Shown here: positions 39,601 to 51,600 of the stretch, piece after piece
Layout of the letters: each line of letters begins with the position of its first letter
Position numbering within the stretch: the stretch's first letter is position 1
Assembly (NCBI GenBank): GCA_951406725.2
Contig: OX597814.1
Span: 135,036,001-135,100,000 of the forward strand
Source of the DNA: Octopus vulgaris
Lineage: Eukaryota
DNA length: 64,000 nt
Reading direction: 5' to 3'
Position numbers and translations under genes: made by a program
Notes under the pieces: generated by a model
The model's database searches: none
What the model was told of the DNA's origin: nothing
What the model saw: only the letters and a program-made list of their open reading frames with translations

Positions 39601-42600
39601 ACTATTTGGCTACAACTCTAATGATCTGGCCAGTTCCATCTCTTCACTACCTCTTTCACATTCTTTTTTCTACAGTTGTATGGGTTGGAAGAAATCTGTA
39701 ACATGTCATCTTAACAGTAGGACTTAAATTTCTAAGATCCTTTTCTCCAATTCATTAAAAAAAAAATCAAACTCCACATCTAATATCTGTTGCCATCTCA
39801 AGTGACATCACATCTCACCAAGTTTACTGGGCCTCAACTAGTCATTTCAGTGTATTATTCTAAGCTCATTCATCTTTAGATACTGAAATGAAATAAATTA
39901 TTAGGAGATATATTCATTTAATTATAGAGTTGTTGATTTCTTACATAGATAAAGGCTTTAGATTTATGGAAGTTGGAGAAGAAATGTTACAAACATTTTT
40001 ATTATTTCTAAGAAGATCATCAGCTAAAGTCATAATAAATCCTTATGGGTTATTTAAGTTGTTGTAAACTTGGTTAACTTAAAATTTCTCTTTATTGTTT
40101 GATACTTTTCATTAGAAAATTAAATAGCAACTCACTCAGTGTAGCAGGCAAATAATTCTCAATGAATTCTCTGTTGTTACTAAAATGGTGGTCGAATGTT
40201 TTAAGTCCTTAATCTACCTCTCATAATAAAGATAAAATGACCATGACCAAGAAACTGAGGTCTGCTACTCAACAATAGTAACAATAAGAATAAAACCTAC
40301 ATTACTGATAGTTGTCTCTAATTCTGTCTTTTCTGACTGCAACTGGAGTTTCTGATCAATTAACAACTGTTTTGCTTCTTGTAGTGTATTCACATTCTGA
40401 AATCAATCAAGAAAATATCTAAAGTGTATATTTTTGGAGAAACAATCATTACTGAAGGAATTACCATTGTATAATTTACTAACAAATTACACTAGATTTG
40501 AGAAAAAAAAAAAAAAGAAACCAATAGATTCACAGCCAAACCACTACAAAGAACTGACTGCAGTTTCTGACCCTTCCATAGTTATGTCCTCTATCTACTT
40601 TTTCTGTGACACACATCTGCCTGAATAGGAATGAGTGGACCACCTTATTAACAACTGACTATATACTTCTCTCTAACAAGAATTCACACATAAAAAGAAC
40701 CTTTTATTTTTGGAACCATTATTATTTACTGCATAATGTAAATGTGAAGGGAGTACTAGAAAACAGTGTATTATTTAGTGAGTTCAAATCCTGTGCTGGA
40801 CACCAAGTTTTGTTTTCAAAGCAAGACACATTATCAATTTAATCAGCCTAACAAAATAAGTACCCTCTCACCTATCAAGTAGCAATTAACATATTTGACT
40901 GTTAACCTCCTGTCAAAAGCATTGCTTTGATACCAAAAACTTTGGTTTTGGATAACTTGTTTCATATTCTTGACAATAATATCTGTTACTTCTTTTCCAT
41001 TTTTCATTTAACTGTAGTTAGTTCTTCAATGCTAAAAACTAAAAATTTTCTTCAGCTAAAATATGAAGAAGACAACACTAGCGAGCTGTATCAACCAGCT
41101 AACCAATAAAAAAACAAAAACAAAAAAGTAACAAGTATCTAAGTTTTCAGATCCATCAAATACATGCTACATTGAAAACAAAAAAAGTTAAATTTAAAAA
41201 CGAGAAGGAAAAAAAGATTCTCATCTTGTTATATTTACTTGCTTTAACTTAATAGTTTCCTCTTGCATTACATTTCTGGTGTTCTCAAGGTTTTTAGCAA
41301 ATTCATCTCTTTGTTTTTCAGTTGAACTCAGAGAAGTTTCTATTTGGCTCACTTGTGATTTTAACTGTATCTGGAATGGAAAGGAGAAATTGTAAGCTTA
41401 CATTGTATAACATTCAATTCTTTGAAATGAGAAACTTTACAAGTACCTTGTTTAAAAGATTTCAGTCTTTATTTATGATATCTATCAATTATACTACAAG
41501 CCTTATCACCACTGCTAAAACTATCAGTCATTATTTTACTGTTTGCTTTTCCACATTGAAATGGGTTTCAAAGTTTGAACAACTTCAAATGTTCTAATCT
41601 TGACTATTTATAAGCAACACTTTAAAAAGTTGATTTAATTTAGCATGGCTCTTCACCATGTAACTACCTGATTCATATCCAAACCCATCATCAAGAACTG
41701 ATTGAAATTTCTTTCACACCACAGTTATTTCCTCTCTCTACTGTTTTCAATGATTTACTTCTGGTTGACTAGAACTGACCAGGTCAACTCCACAGCATGC
41801 ATAATTCATCCACATTACATACCAATATGATAAGTTCTCACATCTATATTCATTTAAATTTGCATTGCATTTCCAACAGGTATTATCTCATTCTTTTCTA
41901 GTCATTTAAATTATTCTGCATCCTTGCTCTATGTTTAAGTACCATATAACATTACATTTCTAATACTTATCATGTAGACAAAAGATAGAGACAAAAACAC
42001 TATTGTTTTTAATAGGAACAATAGTTCTCTAGGTTCTTCCTCTCCTTTAGTTTATAACTACTAAGCTAAAATTATCAACTACAGCAATGCTTAGGCATTT
42101 GTGGAAAGTCTGTTTTGCAGAACTTATTTAGTCTATCTAGTAAACTGCTTAAACAGGTTAAGTCATTAATCTTCATTATTCAATCATCACATCATCATTT
42201 ACTGTCCATTTTTCATGCTGGTATGGTTTGAATAGTTTGACAAGAGCTGGCAAGCCTGAGGACAACATCACGCTTTATTGTCTGTTTTGGTATAGGTTTT
42301 ATGGCTTGATATCCTTCCTAACACCAACCACCCTACAGAGTCTCTGGGTATTTTTTTTACATAGTACCAGTAGTACCAGGGGGATCACAGAGAAACTTAC
42401 AAGACAAAGATCCTTTGAGAGGTGAGGTGGTATTGAAGGTGGTTGCCTTGTACCAGGTGAAGAGAGATTAGGGTGTGACAGGGGGACAGAAACAGGTGTC
42501 TTGCTGTAGAGGAGATACAACATTCAAACAGAAAATAATTCCTCACTAGAACAAAAATAGCACTTACTGTTTCCTTCTCAAACTGATCTTTAATTCCAGT

Positions 42601-45600
42601 CATCTCTTTCAATTCTTCATCTAATTTAACCATTTTGCTGTTCATAGATGTACGTATCTGTAATGAATAACACTTAACACTTTAGTAAATCTGAATACCT
42701 GGGTTAACAAGTTTTTAATTAGGGATGCAACTTTGATGTTATAAAAGAATATTAAACTGTGATGTTCATGGTATTCACCAGGTGTTTTTGCAAATATATT
42801 AGTCCAAGAAGTGAATATGTTATTACCAGAAACTGAAAGTTCCATATGAGTACATTCATCACAAAAGTACAAAGTATGTCATTGTTATCATTTAATATCT
42901 GTTCTCCATGCTGCCATAGGTTGGATGGTTTGATGAGCTGGCCATCAGAGAGCTGCACCAGGCTCCATTTGTCTGTTATGGCATGGTTTCTATAGCTGGA
43001 TGACCTTCCTAATGTTAACTACTATACAGAGTGTGCTGGGTGTTTCTTATGTCACACCAGCATGAGTGCTTTTGAAGTGGCACTGACATGAGTGCTTTTT
43101 ATGTGGCACTGGCATGAGTGCTTTTTATCTGATACTACCGGCACAAGTATATATATATATATATATATATAAGAGAGAGAGAGAGAGAGAAGGAGAAAAA
43201 GAGAGAAACAGTTCAGTCAAACAAAATACCTCATTTAGTTGTTCTAAAGATGCTGTCAATTCTTTCTCATGTTCTACAGATTTGTTCAGGTCCTTTTGAA
43301 GATTAGCTGATTTGGTCTCAACAAGTTTTAGTTCAGCATTTGTTTTCTCTAGTTTTGATGTTAAATCAGTTTTCGATTCTTCTAGCATCTAAAATTTAAA
43401 TATAGAAATAACATATATCAAATATTAAATAAAGATTTCTCAAATTTCTAAAAGGCAGTGCATTTTTTGAGGGTTGGGAGAATGTTGACTGAATCAAACT
43501 CACAAATGCATGGCACTTATTTCATAAAATCTGTAAAAAGAAAATTCAAGCAATCTAGGAAAACACATTGTACTGTCAACATGGTACACTTTCTTTTCAT
43601 GCATTTTTTTAAGAAGAAAGAGTAGCACCCATGACTCTTATCAAAGTCTCTATATTTGGAGTAAAGGAGTAAGTTATCTTTTAGATAAATTATTCAAGCA
43701 ACAAAACGTGTCATGGCTGAGACCAGTACTGCCTGACTGGCACCCGTGCTGGTGGCACGTAAAAAGCACCATATGAGCATGGTCAATGCCAGTGTCACCT
43801 GACTGGCTCCCATGCCAGTGGAATGTAAAAAGCACCATATGAGCATGGTCAATGCCAGTGCTACCTAACTGGCCCCGGTGCTGGTGGCATGTAAAAAGCA
43901 CCCACTACACTCTTGGAGTGGTTGGCATTAGGAAGGGCATCCAGCTGTAGAAACCTTGCCAGATCAGATTGGAGCCTGGTGCAGCCTCCTGGCTTGCCAG
44001 TCCCCACTTACCATGCCAGCATGGTAAGCAGACAGTAAACAATGATGATGATTGACTCTATACCAAATCCAAGAAGTAGGATTCCATAACCTACTCACTG
44101 CCTATAATGTGGAGAAGCATGTAGGTTAAAGAGCCTGGTTCTTAATTGAAAGTGAGAAGGTAATCCCAATGAGCTTTGTGAGATTGTTGCATTAATCAGT
44201 GACAAATCAGTATTTGATTGATTGCCTCCTAAAGTAACTTTCCAGCTACTTTATCAGTTGTCTGTAAAATCTGTTTTGTCAGACTCAATAAAGGCTCCTT
44301 TGACATTCAATTCTCAGGCATGCATTTCTTCAATCCATGTCAGAGAAAGTCTACAATGCTGTAGTTTGGTTGAGAAATGTGTTGATCTGTCAGCAGGTAA
44401 TCTTACAGTTGTTTATTGACTGCTGCTCTCATTTACATTTCTGGTGATGTTGAATAATGATATAGTGTTGGTTGTTTGAGGACTGGCTGTGGATTCCCTC
44501 TTGTATATAGGTATCAGCCCAGCCTTTAGAGTAAAAATAGAGGGGAAATAAACAACACAAATGGCTGATATTTGATCAGAATTAGTGGCTTTAACTTCCA
44601 CAGTATGTTCATGTCATCCATTGATTCATCGTTTCAAAAACCACACCCTGTTACACTGTATCAAGATTGGTTGGTGGCTGGTTATCATCAGCATCAGTGA
44701 TGTAGCACTATTCTGCAAAGACTTAACAGCAGACAGTGAGAGTGTGTGTGTGAGAGAAAGAGGGAGTGTATATAAATCATCAGTATCATTGCTTTTTACA
44801 TCTATATTATTTTTCCATGATGACATAACTTGGATTTAGACTTCTTCAAGCAGTATTCTATGGTGAGATGTCTTTCCTGTTGCCAACCCTTACATGTTTT
44901 CAAGTAAAACACTTTATTCCATATCTTATAGGCTAAAACAAGAAAATGTATTTATGGTAAGATATTCTATGCCGCAGCTTCATACAACTCAAATGGTTTG
45001 TTTTAATATTATTAGATTATTTGCTTACCTTTATTTTGTTTTCAGATTCTCCAATTTGTGAATTTGCTTCATGTATCTGTTTCTCTAATGAATCAATCTT
45101 AGTAGCTGCGTTCTTACCCTACAAAATACCAACATATCATTCAAATATTATTCATAAATTTTTCTTTTATTCTTTCCCATTTTTTTTCTAGCAATGTTGA
45201 TGTGCATCATCTCTAGTATCACTATTGTACTCAATATATCACTACAATCTTTGGGTGACTGATTAACTTCTATATTAAGCTTACCTAATTTTGTGCTTTC
45301 TGTCTTCAAAATCAGACTCTGGTACACCCAAATGAAGAATGTTGCCCTTTATTTACATGAACAGGGAATTTAAACACAAAGCAATCGAAGATTAACTTTC
45401 AATATTACTTTTATTGAACATTGATAAAGCAATTTTGGTGGTGGTGGGGATATAGTTGATAAAATTGATTACTTTACTCACTTTCAATTCTGCTCTTGGT
45501 GGGATTTGAACTCAGAATTATTATTTTTCTAATCTTTTAGTCAGGAGGGATTATAGTGCCCATGACCCTTTACAAGGCCTACAGGATTGGTGGAAGGGAG

Positions 45601-48600
45601 TGAAGAAGGCATTCTCAAACTGAAGACTTTGTCCAAATGCTTGCAACAGAGTGGATGTTGCTAAAAGTACCCAAGGACCAGGTATGAGTGTTAAACTGGA
45701 TAATGGATCAAGTCTACTGTCCAATAGACCATGGCAGGATTTGAATTCGGAATGCAAGGAACTAGAACAAATACCTTATGTATCTGGTCTGTCAATCTAC
45801 TGCCTTTGATTGGTACTTTTTTTTTATTGGTTCCAAAAGGATGAAAGGGAAGTTGAACTTAATGGGATTTGAACTCAGGGCACTGAGAGTTGAAACAAAT
45901 ATTGTGAAGTATTCTACACAACTGTAATGACTGCCAATTTACTGTCGTGTGGAAGGGGGTAACAAAATATCACAAGGCATTTTGTTTGGTGCTCTACTGA
46001 TTCTGTAATTCACTGTCATTATTTCCTTTTAATAATGATTGCAATAATGAGGGCCGGTCATGGTAATCACAACAAGATTTCAGTACAATATTGATGCATC
46101 AAACTAAATACTGCAATAAAGCATTTAATCCAACTTTTTACTGCTACAGACTTTCTTTTATTTTCACTGCTCATTTTCTATCCCTAATTTACAGGCTAAC
46201 CCCATTTCAGGACAGCATATGTTAAAAATTATACCTTCTCTTCTTTTTCCTTTTCAAGGGCTGACTTTGTATTTTTCAGTTCTGAAACTTGTTTCTTCAA
46301 ACTTGAGTTCATATTGTCAAAATTGGAAATCTAGAGGTGAAGAAAAAAGGTATGTCTATGTGTAATAAAAAATTGATTACAGTGTAATAGGTATAATGAT
46401 GAGGACGAAGAAGTATAATGATGAGGATGAAGAAGTATAATGATGAGGACGAAGATAAATAAGTGAAATAAAGAATATACACCTAACCTTCTCATTTAAT
46501 GATTTTTCAGCTTCTGTTTTTTCTTCAACTAATTTCTATAAAGAAAAGAAAGAAAAAAAATGTTTTATTAGTATGTGGAATGTTTGTGATGTGTTCATAA
46601 CATACATGACATATTCCTTTAAAACAGTGTTTCTCAACCATTATTTTACCTGTGCACCCCTTTGATTCTTATTTTATTTGGGTGGACCCTCCTAGCCATT
46701 TGATGTTTAAAAAATCCTATTCATCATCATCACCATTTAATGTCTGTTGTCCATGCCAGCATGGGTTGCACAGTGTGACCAGAGCTGGCAAGCTGGGGGT
46801 GGCATCAGACACCAGTCTGATTTGACATGGTTTTTATGGCTGGATGCCCTTCCTAAAGCTAACAACTTTACAGAGTGTGCTGGATGCTTTTATATGGCAT
46901 CACACAGACGCTTTTACATGGAGCCACATAGGCACTTTTACGTGACGCTGCACATGCGCTTTTACATGACACCACACAGGCCCTTTTATGTGTCACCATA
47001 ATTAAATATTATTAGGAAGTGCATAAAAATCATTATCAAAATATTTTGTGTTGTACAAATATAACCAATAAATCGGAGATAAATTTTTACAACAAAATCT
47101 TATATGAATCCCCAAGGGCCATATGGACCCCAGTTGAGAACCACTGATTCAGAAGGTTCTTGTCATGTTGGAGTACTGGCACAATCAGCTGGTTCAGCAG
47201 GAGAGATGGTCTTATATAGCTCAATTAGGTGCATACTGTAGAAGGATCTGATGTAGTAAATATATATTGGGTCATCCCATAAATAATGCAGTTGTTTTAT
47301 ACTTTTTTTTATTTTTCAAAATTAAGATAAACAAAGTTCTTTTTTGATCTAAAATATACTCTCCTTCATTTTCTACAATGCTCTTCCACCTATCTGACAG
47401 ACTTGCAAGGCCCCTCTTCCAAAATTCACTTGTCTGTGATGAAAAATACTCCTCCAATACTGTTCTGACCTCATCTACAGAATTCATATTTTTTCCATCC
47501 AAATGATTTTGAAGACTGCGGAGTACATGATAATCAGATGGGGTAATGTCTGCCAAATAAGGTGGGTGGGGCATTGTTTCCCATTCAAACTGCTCCAGCC
47601 TTTGGAATGTCATTCTTGCTGTATGTGGCCAAACATTATCCTGATGGAAGAACACCTTTCATCTTGAAACCACAGATGGTCATTTTTCTTCTAGTGAGGG
47701 TGTTGATGAATAGTTGAATGACCAATTCCAAGCTCCTCTGCTAGTTCTTCAACAGTTACAATGGGATTTTGTTCTACCAGTGTTTGCAAGATGTCCTTGT
47801 CAAGCTCAACAGATCTTCCAGGACAAGACTGATCTTCTAGGTTGTAGTTTCCGGAATGGAATTTCAGGAACCACCATTGACACTGGTTTACACTTATTGT
47901 CCAATTCCCATATACTGCATTAATATTTCTTGCACTTTCCATTGCATTATTGCCTTTATTGAACTCATAAAGCAAAATATGCTGAATACTTTCCTTTGTC
48001 ACTTCCATTATAGCTTTGAAAATATAACTGTTAAAATCGAACTGCAATCTTCAAAACTTGCACTAAGAAAAAGCTAAGGTAAAATTTCTACCTGCTTCTA
48101 TAGCAAGTTGATGCAGGTAGTTTATCCTGTACCCCTCTGACTTTTAATTCATGCAATTGAAAAAAACTGCATTATTTATGGGATGAGCCAATATAGTAAA
48201 GTAAGTAAAGTTACCTTCTTTAGCCATGCCAACTCACATGGGCCAGTTTCCCAATTTTCATGGTAAATAAATTCCCCACCTGGACAGGACACCAGTCCAT
48301 TGCAGATATAGTAGATATGAGATATGTTAATTAGCTTCTCGTTAATTAATTGAGACAGCAATTAAGTCCAACCCATGCTAGCATGGAAAACGGACGCTAA
48401 ACGATGATGATGATGATGATGACAGCAATCAGATAACTATTAAGGAGTATAGATGAACAAGAGAGTTCTAGAGTTGTTTTAATTAAATATTAAAGAATAA
48501 AAGGAGTATGAAAAGTAAACACTAACTATGGAGTAACTTATGTATTTTAACTGAATTCATATTAGGGAGTAAGTTAGGTATTTTAATTAGAGAGCTTCTG

Positions 48601-51600
48601 GAGTAATGGGGACACTTTAATTGATATCATGAAGAGGTAAAACTCACTAGATATTGTTTAAACTTGGATCAGCCTTAACTGAGCAAATCTATGATAAAAA
48701 GCAATGCAGTCATGACTGTCCCATCTTTTTCCCATGTGCCAGGAACCGAGGATCACATTACTTAATGTGTTGGGAGTGATTCAAATGAGATTTGGTTTCT
48801 ATTTCTAGCAAGTTGATCATCACAGAGAGGTTCTCCACTGTCTCAAAAAAATTACAGCTAAAGTGATATTCCACTAGAAAGTGGTGTTGAGCTGAAATCC
48901 TTTCTTGGATCTGGAGAATGCTGTGTATTCTTCCTTGAATAAATTACATGAAGATAAATTTGCTTTCCAACTACATAGTTCTGGGCTGATCAAATCCTTG
49001 TGAGTAGATTTGGTAGATAGAAATCGAAAGAAGCCCATTGTACATATATGGGTATCTTTCTTTTGTTCTCACCACTGCTTGATCATCCGGTGTTGGATTG
49101 TTTATAATCTTGTAACTTAGAATAAGTACCTAGCTAAAAAACAAAAACAAGATATAACAACTAGGTTTGATTAATTTGATTAAAACCTCTTTAAGGTGGT
49201 GCCCCAGAATAGTCAGTCCAATGACTGAAACATGTAAAATATAAAAGATTTATCCATGACTTATATGTATATCATATCATATTTTACATATAAAAATATC
49301 CCTGCACATCCCATACCAACCACTGGTAATGTTTATATAACATGCAAAAATTAAAGCATGATATAAAAGACTACCTAGAAGCCATCAACTATCTCAATGG
49401 CCCACAAATGTATTGAATTTGAAATGTTTGAAGAAAAGGCTTGATGCCTGGACCCTGCTGCTAACCCCCAAAGTATTCTTTTTTTCTTTAGCTTTAAGCA
49501 GAGGGAAAATAAATCTGCCACTGGACAGGACACTATTACAGGAAACTTTCAAACAAAACCTGATATATATCCTCTATATCAAAATGGGCAAATGTTTTGG
49601 TGATAATTCTGAAAGATAATTTAAGAGAATATATACTGGGAAAGGTAAAAAAGGCAATACATACTGTTTGTGATTGTAAATTAGCTTGTAAAGTGGTAAT
49701 TTGTTCTTCATATGCTTGTTTTGAACTTTCGAAAGCATCACCTTTTTCTTTGAGTACTCTCTTATAATTTGTCTGAAACAAAAACAATTAGAGAAATTAA
49801 TAGGACTCTTCCAAGGAAAAATGACTTTATCATAGTATTTATGCAGAACATTAATTTTATACCTATGGTCAATGCATTGTCACGTACACTATGAGTTAAC
49901 AGAATAAAAAGTGGGTCCCCATGCAAACGTAGGAAAATGATTATAAAAATGATGATGATGATGATGATGACTAATTGTAGTGTGCCGATTAATGTTGATA
50001 TTTGAATAATGCTAGTATATTTTCACTAGTTACACAAACGAACGTATAAGGATATGTGACATTTTCTTTACATGTATGTTGTTACAAATCAAATGACAAA
50101 AGAAGAAACAGTAGGTATACTCTGTTCTTATAGCTAAAACATTTTTGGAGTAGTGTACTTTAAGAGCATAGATGACTGAGCAGACAGAGTGCTGCACACA
50201 CAGCTGTAATAGTAGTTGTTTGAATCTTATCTTTGGCACTGTCTTGTGTCTATAAGCAAAATAGTAACTCTCAATTTATTTAATCCACCCAGCTATTCAC
50301 AATAGTTATTGTCACTTGGGATGTTGGTTGCATCGAAGTCAACTCATCTGCCATCATGATCAATGAGGGAATTTCTAAGCTGTCACAGCCTGATAAAAAT
50401 AGTAAATAAATTCCTTCAGATCACATCCTTTCATGAGAAACAGATGGAAATATTGGACAATGTAATCCTAGATGCATACTCAATAAGATAAGATGGTCAT
50501 GGTTAGAATGCCTTTAATAGTAGGCATGTTCATCCGGATTAAATGACAACACTGAAACAAAGGAAGGACACATTTGGAAAATATAATCCTAGATATACAA
50601 AATGATGGTACAGCCATGGATGGAATGCCTTTGATCATAGATTTGCTTAGTTAGGCTTGATCTGAGGCTTAACAACAACAATTGGTATAACAGAGTAGGA
50701 AGCATTTGTTCCTCAAAATAGTGGAAACACTGTAAAATAGACAGTGGCAGCTTGCAGTGCTGATATCACAAAATGTAGAAAGAAGAACCAATGATCTGTT
50801 GACTTGATTTTTCCTAAAATACATTAGGTAGTGCACTTATGACAAAAGGAATCAACAGACCAACTACAATCATAATGGAAATGCTTTCTTTATTTACTCT
50901 ACAGTTAACAATAATGAACTTATTGTATACAGTACTTAGGTGCACAACTCATCAGAAAAAGGAACCAAGGCTGAAAGAACAGTACATAGAATATGGAGAG
51001 AAATTGAACAGTGAAAATGTCTACAAAAAAAGGGGGTGGGGTGAGGTTGGGGGAACCCAAGGTTGTTAATGCTGATAAGACAGTGCAGAAACAAGTGAAA
51101 ATTTGTACAACTTGTAAAAAAGAGGTCTTAATTGTGACAGAGCTGTTACAAGCACAATGTCACAGCAAAATTATTCATAAAATTCTATCTCCACATTTTA
51201 CAAAACTAATGTATTTCTAACTCTAATCCAGAGCAAGTCAAATCATATTTAGCAGAATGGGGTTAGTTTTAAGGTTCTGTCTTGCCAGAATAAGATACAG
51301 AAGAGCAAAAGAGAGAATGAGAAGAAAAAAAAAAGAATACAAAAGAAAAGGCTTTATGTGTAGAAGTGACAAAACTGTAGAAGAAATGGTAGTTCAGTGG
51401 CAATAATATTAATTGCAGCTAGTAAACAACAAAGCTAATACAATATCCACTGCAGATAATACTGAAGGATGTCACATGCAATATATATTAAATCTTTAAG
51501 GACACACAACATGGAAGAGGTGCAATCATGCAGAGTGCATCAAAGAATGAAAGCAAAATAGAACTGACTTTCAATTTACTTTTTTTATTGTTTACATATA

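Noticed and set aside
43712-43900. Regular repeat units that could be mistaken for a CRISPR array
   Set aside because: The units are tandem copies with no unique spacers, belong to a eukaryotic SINE-like family, and no cas genes are present.
45110-45125. Acceptor followed by GGTAAG suggesting a recursive splice site
   Set aside because: The donor-like motif is offset by one base and simply encodes Gly-Lys at the start of a normal exon.
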